Origin: an uncultured Geobacter sp.
Lineage (GTDB): Bacteria > Desulfobacterota > Desulfuromonadia > Geobacterales > CAIOGM01
Direction: 5' to 3'
NCBI GenBank assembly: GCA_903857795.1
Contig: CAIOGM010000051.1
Span: forward strand, 4,898-68,897
DNA: 64,000 nt
Both the position numbers and the translations under genes were made by a program. Shown here piece after piece: positions 56,216 through 64,000 of the stretch. The notes below the pieces were generated by a model that saw only the letters and a list, made by a program, of their open reading frames with translations, made no database searches and was not told where the DNA came from. Positions within the stretch are counted from its first letter, which is position 1. The number at the start of each line of letters is the position of its first letter.

Positions 56216-57583
56216 TTATTTCTCTCCCGGCGTCTGAGCGGTGGCCAGCAGCAGATTTGCCTGGGCGACCTGAAAATTGTAGATCGACTGATAATACGCT
56301 CCCTTCATCCTGGCGTAATTCTGCAGCCCCTCGAAGATGTCCCGGGCCGGACCGATCCCGAAGTCAAAATTAGCCACGGCGGTAACGGTCCATTTGCGGG
56401 CATTGGTCCAGGCTATTTTCATGTTTTCCGCACTCTTCTGCGCCTCCACCAGTTCCAGTTGATACTTCCTGACCTGGAGAGGGATATTGATCGATGCATA
56501 CTCCTGTGTCATGAGAAGGCGCTGGTACTGGGCCTGCTCCGCCGCCACCTTGGCCGCGGTGATCCCGAAATCAAGGTGCCACTTGACCCCCAGGGCAACC
56601 CCTCCCCAGTTGTGCCGGAACAGGGTGTCCACCACGTAGGGGTTATTGATCTTGTCGCGACCAGGCGAATAGGCGGCGCTGTAGAAGGCGCCCAGAAAAA
56701 TATCCGGATAAAATTTGGCCTGAGCCGCCTCCACCAGTGCGGCGCGGGCCCTGATCCCTTCCCGGAGCTGGCGGTATTCGGGGCGACGGTTCTCCGCGTC
56801 GGCCAGGTACACCGACAGATCCCGTACCGCCACATCGTCCAGCAGCAGATGTTCGTCGGAAATATCCAGATCCGCTACAGGGGAGAGCCCCAGCCGGGCC
56901 CGGAGCGCCGCCAGGGCCAGCTGCTCCCCACGCTCCGCCTCGTTGAGGAACTTGGCTGCCTCTCCGGTGAAGGCGTCGAGCTTGTACAGATCACTCTCGT
57001 CCACATTGGGAGAACCCTCATCCAGCAGTTTCCGGGTACTCTTCCGCGCAGAGTCGAGATATCCCTGGATCTCCTCAACCAGCCCCTTCATCTCTCTCGC
57101 CAGCAGCAAGCCGTAGTAGTATTCGCGGACCTTCTGGGCGATTTCGTTGCGCCGCTGCTCCTTCCTGGACCGATCCACCTCAATGGCAAAACCGGCGGCC
57201 TTCATGCTCTCGCTGATCTTGCCGAAGGTATAGAGCGGCTGGGTAATGAGGACGTCTCCTGACGCGAACCAGGTGAGGTGGCTGAGGCCGTAACCGGTGT
57301 CCGCCTTGCCAAAATCCCGTTTATCGGCCTGGGGAGCCGGTCCCGTCAGGGCAAGGAAGTCGATCTGGGGAAACCGGTACCCGCCTGCCTCCTTGAGCTT
57401 GGTTTCGGCCAGGTCGATATCCGCCTGGGACTCGCCGAGTTCCGGCGCCCGCGTCAGGGCGCGGCTGATCGCCTCGTCCACGCCGACGACCAGTTTAACC
57501 GGCGGCTGCGCTTCGGCGGCGAACGTCACCCCACCGAGGCAGACGAACATGACGACAACCAGCAGAGTCTGCAGAAAAGCCAT
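56216..57583 (-). CDS. TolC-family outer membrane efflux protein
   Basis: Signal peptide MAFLQTLLVVVMFVCLGGVTFA, then two repeats of the OEP pattern (LDLAETKLKEA..., YPDIFLGAFYS...). AAGGAGGA lies upstream of the ATG. Confidence 0.85.
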   Translation of the reverse strand: MAFLQTLLVVVMFVCLGGVTFAAEAQPPVKLVVGVDEAISRALTRAPELGESQADIDLAETKLKEAGGYRFPQIDFLALTGPAPQADKRDFGKADTGYGLSHLTWFASGDVLITQPLYTFGKISESMKAAGFAIEVDRSRKEQRRNEIAQKVREYYYGLLLAREMKGLVEEIQGYLDSARKSTRKLLDEGSPNVDESDLYKLDAFTGEAAKFLNEAERGEQLALAALRARLGLSPVADLDISDEHLLLDDVAVRDLSVYLADAENRRPEYRQLREGIRARAALVEAAQAKFYPDIFLGAFYSAAYSPGRDKINNPYVVDTLFRHNWGGVALGVKWHLDFGITAAKVAAEQAQYQRLLMTQEYASINIPLQVRKYQLELVEAQKSAENMKIAWTNARKWTVTAVANFDFGIGPARDIFEGLQNYARMKGAYYQSIYNFQVAQANLLLATAQTPGEK

Positions 57584-57599
57584 CTTCTCCTCCTTGTAT

Positions 57600-57715
57600 T
57601 ACTCCACCTTCCCGTGGATATGAAGACACGCGTCCAGATGTCACTCTACTCCACCTTCCCATGGATATGAAGATACGTGTCCAGAGGTCGGTCTACTCCA
57701 CCTTCCCATGAATAT
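57600..57715. repeat. 47-bp tandem repeat (2 full copies + partial), copying the 3' end of mlaD into the mlaD-tolC spacer
   Basis: TACTCCACCTTCCCGTGGATATGAAGACACGCGTCCAGATGTCACTC (57600-57646), TACTCCACCTTCCCATGGATATGAAGATACGTGTCCAGAGGTCGGTC (57647-57693), TACTCCACCTTCCCATGAATAT (57694-57715). The last piece is the final codons of mlaD plus its stop. Confidence 0.9.
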
Positions 57716-58142
57716 ATTTGCTCAGCAGCTCCTCGATATCCACCGATGATTCGGTCTCACGGATCCGCCCGCCAGCCGCCAGGTACCGGTCCGAGCCTCC
57801 GGGTTTCAGCTTGATGAACTTGTCGCCAATGATCCCCTTGGTTCGAACGGCGGCGATGACATCATCCTGGAGTTTAATCCCCGAGGTGATCCTCAGGTTG
57901 GCCCGGGCCACCCCCTTATCGGGGAGGTAGACGATGGTGTCGACCCGCCCGACCTCCACCCCGGCAATCTCCACAAACGCCCCATCCTTCAGGCCGGAGA
58001 CAGAATCGAACTCGGCGTAGAGCGGATAGGTATTCCCCCCCATGAGTTCCAGCTTCCCGAGTTTGATGGAAAGATAGCCAAGACAGACGATCCCGATCAG
58101 CACGAAGATGCCGACGACAAGTTCCAGGTTGCCCTTTTTCAT
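57693..58142 (-). CDS. mlaD: MCE-domain protein MlaD
   Basis: N-terminal TM helix, then YAEFDSVSGLKDGAFVEIAGVEVGRV...GIIGDKFIKL. Confidence 0.85.
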   Translation of the reverse strand: MKKGNLELVVGIFVLIGIVCLGYLSIKLGKLELMGGNTYPLYAEFDSVSGLKDGAFVEIAGVEVGRVDTIVYLPDKGVARANLRITSGIKLQDDVIAAVRTKGIIGDKFIKLKPGGSDRYLAAGGRIRETESSVDIEELLSKYIHGKVE

Positions 58143-58178
58143 ATTCGTGTCTGTACGCCGGCGGTTGCCGGCATCCTC

Positions 58179-58928
58179 CTATTTCAGAAACTGGATGGGG
58201 CCGTCCAGGCTCCCGTCGATGAACTGGCGGACCACCGGATGCCGCGAGTTCCGGAACTCCTCGGTGGGGCCTTCTTCGATGATCTCTCCCTGGAAGAGCA
58301 TGGCGACCCGATGGGAGATGTCGAAGATCTGGGGAATTTCGTGGGAGACGATGACCGCCGTATAGCCGAACAGCCGGTGGGTCTCGGCGATAAGCTGGTG
58401 GATCGCCCGGCGGATGATGGGATCGAGTCCGGTGGTCGGCTCATCGAACAGGATGATCTGCGGATCCAGGAGGAGCGCCCGGGCGAGTCCCACCCGTTTC
58501 TTCATCCCCCCCGAGAGTTCATCGGGATATTTGTGGTCGACCCCCCCCAACCCCACATGACGCAGGGCCTCATGAACCTTTACGCGGATCTGTTCACGGG
58601 TGAGTCGCGTCTTCTCCTCCAGCGGGAAGGCGACGTTTTCAAAGACCGTCAGGGAGTCGAAGAGCGCCGCATTCTGAAAAAGCATGCCGAACTTCTCCCG
58701 GACCCGGTTCAGTCCCGAGCGTCCCAGGCGGGTTATGTCCAGACCGTCAACGATGACCTGGCCGCTCTCGGGACGCTGCAGGCCGATCAACTGCTTGAGG
58801 AGGATGCTCTTCCCCTCGCCGCTGGGGCCGATGATCGCGGTGATCTCTCCCTTGGGAATCTCCAGACAGAGATTATTGAGGACGGTCTGAGAGCCGAATG
58901 ATTTGCAGACGTTGACGAGTTTGATCAC
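58179..58928 (-). CDS. mlaF: ABC transporter ATP-binding protein MlaF
   Basis: GPSGEGKS (Walker A), LSGGMKKRVGLARAL (signature), ILFDEPTTGLD (Walker B). Confidence 0.9.
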   Translation of the reverse strand: MIKLVNVCKSFGSQTVLNNLCLEIPKGEITAIIGPSGEGKSILLKQLIGLQRPESGQVIVDGLDITRLGRSGLNRVREKFGMLFQNAALFDSLTVFENVAFPLEEKTRLTREQIRVKVHEALRHVGLGGVDHKYPDELSGGMKKRVGLARALLLDPQIILFDEPTTGLDPIIRRAIHQLIAETHRLFGYTAVIVSHEIPQIFDISHRVAMLFQGEIIEEGPTEEFRNSRHPVVRQFIDGSLDGPIQFLK

Positions 58929-59695
58929 AACAGCACCGAGGTCAGGAAGTAATCCCAGATGAGGACCAGCACCGACGACATGACCACCGCCGCGGTCGTG
59001 GCCCGCGAGACCCCCTCGGCCCCGTGTCCGGCATAATACCCCTTGTAGCAGCAGACCCAGGAGATGATGAGCCCGAAGGAGACCGATTTGACGAACCCGG
59101 AGAGGACATCCTTGGCGACCACGCTCTTTTCCATCTCATAGAAATAGGTCCCGGGATTGACCCCCAGCAGCTTGACCCCCACCACATACCCCCCGAAGAT
59201 CCCCACCACATCGAAGACCCCGCAGAGGAGGGGAACGGCGATGACCGCCGCGATGATCTTGGGGGAGACGAGGTACTTGAACGGCTCCAGGGCCATGGTC
59301 TTGAGGGCGTCGATCTGCTCGGTGATCTTCATGATCCCGATCTCGGCGGTGATGGCGCTGCCGGCCCGACCGGTCACCATGAACGCCGTCAAGACCGGGC
59401 CCAATTCCCGGATGAGCGAGAGGGCCACGGCGGAGCCGAGCATCCCCTCTGAACCGAACTTGGCGAGGGTGTAGTACCCCTGGAGGCCGAGCACCATGCC
59501 GGTAAAGGCGGCGGTAAGACAGATGACGAAGAGGGATTTGGCGCCGATGAAGTGGAGTTGCTTGAGGATATGGACCGGACGACCGGGGCGGCGGACGACC
59601 GTATAGAGCGCGTAGGCCAGAAAGGTCAGCATCTTGCCCATATCCCGGAGAGTCGCCAGGGTCAATTCACCGAGCTGTCCAATAAGACGCTGCAT
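58925..59695 (-). CDS. mlaE: ABC transporter permease MlaE
   Basis: The MlaE/YrbE pattern LIRELGPVLTAFMVTGRAGSAITAEIGIMKITEQIDAL, multiple TM helices, and a 4-nt overlap with mlaF. Confidence 0.9.
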   Translation of the reverse strand: MQRLIGQLGELTLATLRDMGKMLTFLAYALYTVVRRPGRPVHILKQLHFIGAKSLFVICLTAAFTGMVLGLQGYYTLAKFGSEGMLGSAVALSLIRELGPVLTAFMVTGRAGSAITAEIGIMKITEQIDALKTMALEPFKYLVSPKIIAAVIAVPLLCGVFDVVGIFGGYVVGVKLLGVNPGTYFYEMEKSVVAKDVLSGFVKSVSFGLIISWVCCYKGYYAGHGAEGVSRATTAAVVMSSVLVLIWDYFLTSVLL

Positions 59696-59724
59696 ACCCT
59701 TCCCTTTTTCCCGGATGTAAAAGA

Positions 59725-60324
59725 CTATTTACTGGTGGATATTTTCAGTTCGTCTGATTTTGTCTTGAGCTTTTTTACCAATCCGGCGTATCCATCGGCC
59801 AATATTATCTTGTTGAATTGGGTACGGTAGTTCGAGACCAGACTGACCCCTTCAATGACCACATCGTAGACCATCCATTTGCCGTTTTTGTTCAGCAGGC
59901 GGTAGTCAACAGTAAATTCGTCACGCTTGGCGGTTATCACCTTTGATTTAACCTCGGCGTATTCACCGTCTATATTCTCTTTGAGATACACAATTTTTTC
60001 ATTATTATACGATTCTATTTTGCTGGAATATGAATTCTCCAGCAGAGTGGCAAACAGGTCGGTAAACTGTTTTTGCTCTTCGGGAGTGCGCTGGTTCCAG
60101 TGCTTGCCCATGGAGCGTTTTGCCATCTCGTTGTAGTCAAAGATCACACTGATGGTCATCTTGAGCGCCTGACGACGCTTGCTGTCGTTGGTTTTCATAC
60201 TCTTGTCGGACACTATCCTGACGACACTGTCGACGACGCTCTTCACGTCATCAGTGGCTCCGGCAAAGGCATTGGTTGCAAGAAACAGACAGACAACCGC
60301 GTTCAAGGTGATACGTTTGAGCAT
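59725..60324 (-). CDS. mlaC: Phospholipid-binding periplasmic protein MlaC (Ttg2D family)
   Basis: Signal peptide MLKRITLNAVVCLFLATNAFA, then FDYNEMAKRSMGKHW...F..LLENSY...WMVYDVVIEGVSLV.NYR.QF. Confidence 0.8.
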   Translation of the reverse strand: MLKRITLNAVVCLFLATNAFAGATDDVKSVVDSVVRIVSDKSMKTNDSKRRQALKMTISVIFDYNEMAKRSMGKHWNQRTPEEQKQFTDLFATLLENSYSSKIESYNNEKIVYLKENIDGEYAEVKSKVITAKRDEFTVDYRLLNKNGKWMVYDVVIEGVSLVSNYRTQFNKIILADGYAGLVKKLKTKSDELKISTSK

Positions 60325-60565
60325 GGAGGCTCTCCTTATGTACAGTCGGTCACCCGAAGGCGACCCGTGATCTGCGTGGGCCAATGACCGTTGAGGATTA
60401 GCAATGCGAATGATTCCTACAGTCGCCGAAGAACCTAGTCATTTAACCTTTGTGAGCCCTCTAGTCAAGCAATAAACCATGCGACCGGTTGTGAGGGGGG
60501 GATTGACGCCATTTTCTCCCGGTGTTAGTATCGCGTTCCTACGGCTCAACCCACAGGAGGTGCAG

Positions 60566-62404
60566 ATGCGAAACGACGACACGAAAAGCGGAGATGACAT
60601 TACGCGGCGCACATTCATCAAGTATTCCACCGGGGCTATCGCCACTGTTACCTTGAGTTCATTCACCTTCGGCTGCAGCGGCGGATCGAGTACCCCCCCT
60701 CCGGAGATGTTCGTCGGCTATCCCAACCTCCCCGACCTGATGCCGGCCGACGCCCAGATCCGGAGCGAGTTCCCCAACGTCTTTGCGCTCCCCGATCCGG
60801 TTTATCTCGGCCCCCCGCGCCCACTTGATCTGAAAAAGCCCCTGGACGCCTTCGATCATGTGGTGGTCATCATGTTCGAGAATCGCAGCTTCGATAATGT
60901 CCTGGGATATCTCCCCGCCGCTACGGCTACCAGCCCGCTGCAGCAATCCATCAACGGCGTCGCCGGGAAGAATCTCTCCAATCCCATTCCCCCCTACGCG
61001 GTGGACGCCCAACGACACATCGTCCCGGTCACTACCGCGACCAGTCTGCAGAGCCCGCTCATCGATCCCGGTGAGGAGTACGGTTCCATCAACGTCGCCC
61101 TCTTCAACCAGTTCAATCCGCACTCCAACCAGAGCGCGACCTCCGAGGCGAACTACGCGGCCCCCTACAACCTCCCCGATGATGGCGCCTACTCCCCTCC
61201 CCCCATGAACGGCTGGGTGACCATGTACATCTGGACCCTGGAGGCTGCCAACTATCCGGCGCCCACCTACGAGCAGTACTCCACCATCATGCAGTGCTTC
61301 CCGCCCAACCAGCTCCCCGCCATCAATCTGCTGGCCCGCTCCTTCGGGCTCTGCGACAATTACTTTTGCGGCGTTCCCAGCCAGACCATCACCAACCGCT
61401 CCTTCTTCCATGCGGCCCAGGCCTCGGGAACCCTGATCAACGCCCCCTTGAGCAACTGGACCGGCGGCTCGCCACCACCGCCCGTGACGGTTCCTCCCAC
61501 CTACAGCAACCCGGATGGGAACACGGCGCCCACGATTTTCGATTCACTGACCAGAGCAGGACGGAGCTGGACCGTCTACTACGACGATACCGATGTCGTC
61601 TCCCTGACCTACCTGCTCCATTATCCCGTACTGAAGACGTACGGGTTCATTGCCCCTCACTTCAAAACCATGCAGCAGTTCCACGCGGAGACGGCCGCCG
61701 GCGCCCTGCCGGACTACTCATTCATCGAACCACGCCTGTTTTTTAATGACAACAGCTATCACCCTCTGGACGGCGCCATGGCCGCCAAGCGGGGGGAGGT
61801 CTTACTGAATGACGTGTACCAGTCCATTCGCCAGTCCAACACACCTCCCACACTGGCCACGCCGGCTGTCAGCAACTTTCAGAACACCCTGTTGATGGTG
61901 ACCTTCGACGAAGGGGGAACCTGTTATGATCACGTCCCCCCCCCCGCGGCCACCCCCCCTTTCCCCAACAAACCGGGCCAGTTCAACTTTGCTTTCGACC
62001 GCCTGGGACAACGGATCACGACCATTCTGGTCTCAGCCTATATAGACGCCTACGTGATCAAAACCCAGCATGACTCCACGTCGATGCTGGCCACCCTGGA
62101 GCAGAAATTCAACCTGTCACCGCTCACCGGCCGCGACGCCGCCGCAACCACCTTCGCCGGCGCCTTCAACCGGACCACCCCTCGCCCCCGCCCGGAGTGG
62201 CCCAGGCTGCAAGTCCGCCAACTCACCGCGGCCGAGGCGCAGCCCAACGACCTCCTCCCCCTCAACGAGCTGCAAATCGCGCTGGTTTTGGCGGTCTACA
62301 GCATCTGTTACCCCAATAATCCGCTTCCACCCGGAGAGCTCCCTCCCGGGGTGGTCAACGTCGGCACCGCGGTAGTATATCTCCAGGAGCACCCGATCCC
62401 TTAA
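60566..62404 (+). CDS. Phosphoesterase-family protein (phospholipase C / acid phosphatase type) with Tat signal
   Basis: Twin-arginine signal DITRRTFIKYSTGAIATV; family motif VVIMFENRSFDNVLGYL; later VTFDEGGTCYDHVPPP. AGGAGG lies upstream of the ATG at 60566. Confidence 0.8.
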   Translation: MRNDDTKSGDDITRRTFIKYSTGAIATVTLSSFTFGCSGGSSTPPPEMFVGYPNLPDLMPADAQIRSEFPNVFALPDPVYLGPPRPLDLKKPLDAFDHVVVIMFENRSFDNVLGYLPAATATSPLQQSINGVAGKNLSNPIPPYAVDAQRHIVPVTTATSLQSPLIDPGEEYGSINVALFNQFNPHSNQSATSEANYAAPYNLPDDGAYSPPPMNGWVTMYIWTLEAANYPAPTYEQYSTIMQCFPPNQLPAINLLARSFGLCDNYFCGVPSQTITNRSFFHAAQASGTLINAPLSNWTGGSPPPPVTVPPTYSNPDGNTAPTIFDSLTRAGRSWTVYYDDTDVVSLTYLLHYPVLKTYGFIAPHFKTMQQFHAETAAGALPDYSFIEPRLFFNDNSYHPLDGAMAAKRGEVLLNDVYQSIRQSNTPPTLATPAVSNFQNTLLMVTFDEGGTCYDHVPPPAATPPFPNKPGQFNFAFDRLGQRITTILVSAYIDAYVIKTQHDSTSMLATLEQKFNLSPLTGRDAAATTFAGAFNRTTPRPRPEWPRLQVRQLTAAEAQPNDLLPLNELQIALVLAVYSICYPNNPLPPGELPPGVVNVGTAVVYLQEHPIP

Positions 62405-62425
62405 TCGCACATCCGAACCGGGAAT

Positions 62426-62612
62426 GTCTGAACCGGGATTTTCAGGATTCAGGGATTTTCGGGATTTTGCTTCAGAATCTGAGTAAATCCGGCAGGGTGG
62501 ATACCATCCCAACGGTCACAGACAGACGAGGCCCCCTCAATCACTGGAGGGGGCCTCGTCCATTGGTTCACAATCAAGTAAATCCCGTAATTCTGAGAAT
62601 CCCGATTCAGAC
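62426..62612. repeat. About 190-bp palindromic element: ~33-bp imperfect terminal inverted repeats around a perfect 13-bp hairpin (MITE-like, or an elaborate bidirectional terminator)
   Basis: The left arm GTCTGAACCGGGATTTTCAGGATTCAGGGATTT (62426-62458) was compared with the reverse complement of 62579-62612, GTCTGAATCGGGATTCTCAGAATTACGGGATTTA; about 28 of 33 positions match. GGGATTTT is repeated 3 times in the left part. Confidence 0.7.
62526..62559. terminator. Central hairpin between convergent phosphoesterase and vapC genes
   Basis: ACGAGGCCCCCTC (62526-62538) pairs with GAGGGGGCCTCGT (62547-62559), a 13-bp perfect stem with an 8-nt loop. Confidence 0.6.
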
Positions 62613-62626
62613 ACGCACCCACGTCA

Positions 62627-63034
62627 TCATCCGCCACTCACTTCAAGCCGCAACCCTTCGATCTTCTCGAAATCGCGACGGTTTGAGGTAATCACCGTGT
62701 AATCCAGAGAAATAGCCGTCGCAGCGATAATCAAATCATGCGCCCCGACGGTGAAGCCGCGCTGAACCAGAGACGCCCAGATTCTAGCGTAGATGCGGGC
62801 AGCACCCGGATCAAACGGGAACAGAGGGATCACTTCGATGACCTTCTCCACGAAAGCCTGACGCCTGATTCTACGACTCTCGCTGTCTGCCCGCTCGACG
62901 CCATGGAGAAGTTCGGCCACGGTTATCACGCTGATGCCGAACGGTTCGTCTTCGCGACCGGTCACCAGGCTCTCCACTGCCCCGCGATTTCTTTCCAGCG
63001 CTATGATCTCACTGGAATCAAGGATCACTCCCAT
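62627..63034 (-). CDS. vapC: PIN-domain toxin VapC
   Basis: MGVILDSSEIIALER...ISVITVAELLHG...HDLIIAATAISLDYTVITSNRRDFEKI. Confidence 0.85.
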   Translation of the reverse strand: MGVILDSSEIIALERNRGAVESLVTGREDEPFGISVITVAELLHGVERADSESRRIRRQAFVEKVIEVIPLFPFDPGAARIYARIWASLVQRGFTVGAHDLIIAATAISLDYTVITSNRRDFEKIEGLRLEVSGG

Positions 63035-63306
63035 GGTGTAGCCTGCGGGACTGCCGGCTGCGACATCACAGCTGCCGTGATATCCGCCTCAAAGGCCACA
63101 TCACCATCATCGAGATGTGGAAGTGTGCGGATGATCTCACGCAGGTCGGCCAGAGTGGCGCCGATGCACGCCGGCTCCACCGGGATGAGAGATGCCGTCG
63201 GTTTGCCGCCACGGATCACCGTATAACGATCGCCACGATACTTGATGTTGTTGAGCAACTCTGAAAAGTTCCTGACAACCTCGGTAGAACTGATTGCACT
63301 CGACAT
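63025..63306 (-). CDS. Phd/YefM-family antitoxin
   Basis: ISSTEVVRNFSELLNNIKYRGDRYTVIRGGKPTASLIPVE. It overlaps the vapC start by 10 nt. Confidence 0.8.
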   Translation of the reverse strand: MSSAISSTEVVRNFSELLNNIKYRGDRYTVIRGGKPTASLIPVEPACIGATLADLREIIRTLPHLDDGDVAFEADITAAVMSQPAVPQATPWE

Positions 63307-63553
63307 GGCAACCTCCGTAAAATATGATAATCACATTTTACATCATTTTGAGCCGGATCAATAGTGATAACAGCTCCGGCGACAAAACAACCCGGTCACG
63401 GTTCAGACTTCGGTTTGATGAAATCATTTCAGCCCCAACCGTAAACCGACGCCGCCTGAAAAAGTTGTTGACGGAAGCCACCAGTTTATTTTTTGATGGG
63501 AACGTACCTGACGATACCCGTGGTGATTATCACCACAAACAAAAAGGAGCTGT

Positions 63554-64000
63554 TATGAAAGCAGGGAACTACGTTGTCTTGGGCTTTTTCATGCTGCTGA
63601 TACTGTCCGGATGCTCTTCGTCCAGAAACAGCGAACACCAGATATTCCTCAAGGAGAGGATTCCCCGGCCGGCCAACATATGGGTCTATGATTTCGCCGC
63701 CACGGCGTCCGATATCCCGGCCGAATCCGCGCTTGCCGGGAAAAGCGATGAGCATCCCGCACCTCAGACCGCCGATCAGATCGCCAAGGGGCGGGCAGCG
63801 GGAGCCCTTGTTGCGGCGGATCTGGTTTCGGAGATTCGCGCCATGGGGATGCCGGCAACGCGGGCCCCTGAGGGATCAGTCCCCAGCATCAACGACATCG
63901 TCATCCGGGGGTATATCCTCGCCATCGATGAGGGGAGCGCCACCAAGCGTGTGGCCATCGGTTTCGGCAGCGGCGCCTCGGAGCTGAAGGTGGCGGTGGA
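63554..64000 (+). CDS. Lipoprotein (DUF4410-like), 3' end outside the window
   Basis: This ORF is not in the ORF track because it runs off the window. AAAAGGAG precedes the ATG at 63554. My translation is MKAGNYVVLGFFMLLILSGCSSS (lipobox LSGC)...IRGYILAIDEGSATKRVAIGFGSGASELKVAV, open through nt 64000. Confidence 0.7.

Overview
The window looks like a high-GC Desulfuromonadota (Geobacter-like) chromosome; that assignment is my inference from gene content and order. It falls into three blocks. (1) Positions 1 to about 15200 are an accessory, defence-island-like stretch. It holds a large UvrD-type helicase cut by the window edge and a divergent HExxH peptidase-like gene. Next comes a four-gene operon joined by three ATGA overlaps, encoding a sigma-like protein, a zinc anti-sigma (HxxxCxxC) protein with a MazF-like segment, and a Lon-type protease-like protein. 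This is followed by a very AT-rich cassette (small SF1 helicase, 627-aa unknown, 88-aa unknown) and then a methyltransferase-like / DUF1848 / Clp-D2 AAA+ / SSB operon. (2) Positions 15285 to about 27000 have intermediate GC and carry redox and stress genes (nitroreductases, MFS transporter, flavin reductase, msrA, msrB, disulfide oxidoreductase), a Fic protein, and an ars operon (arsR-arsC-acr3) with decayed arsA and CcdA-like remnants. (3) Positions 27000 to 64000 are a very GC-rich core: glgC, pfk, xseA, pyrE, purF/Q/L/B/M/N, tkt, ftsH, the mla operon with a tolC-like gene, and a Tat-signal phosphoesterase. This core is interrupted by lower-GC insertions, including three type II TA pairs, gene remnants and a small palindromic element. 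The main candidate for a new system is the sigma / anti-sigma / Lon-like module at 3782-7615, which resembles the CRISPR-associated CalpS/CalpT/CalpL logic. It has no CRISPR, cas or cyclase gene nearby and no room for a SAVED domain. Its C-terminal domain changes nucleotide composition together with the downstream helicase cassette. Other notable points are an ftsH frameshift in a G9 tract, an orphan Cas6-like RAMP protein, heptad and 47-bp tandem repeats in intergenic regions, and a PEP-CTERM tail remnant. No rRNA, tRNA or CRISPR array was found. All protein family calls come from motif reading by eye, not from database searches.
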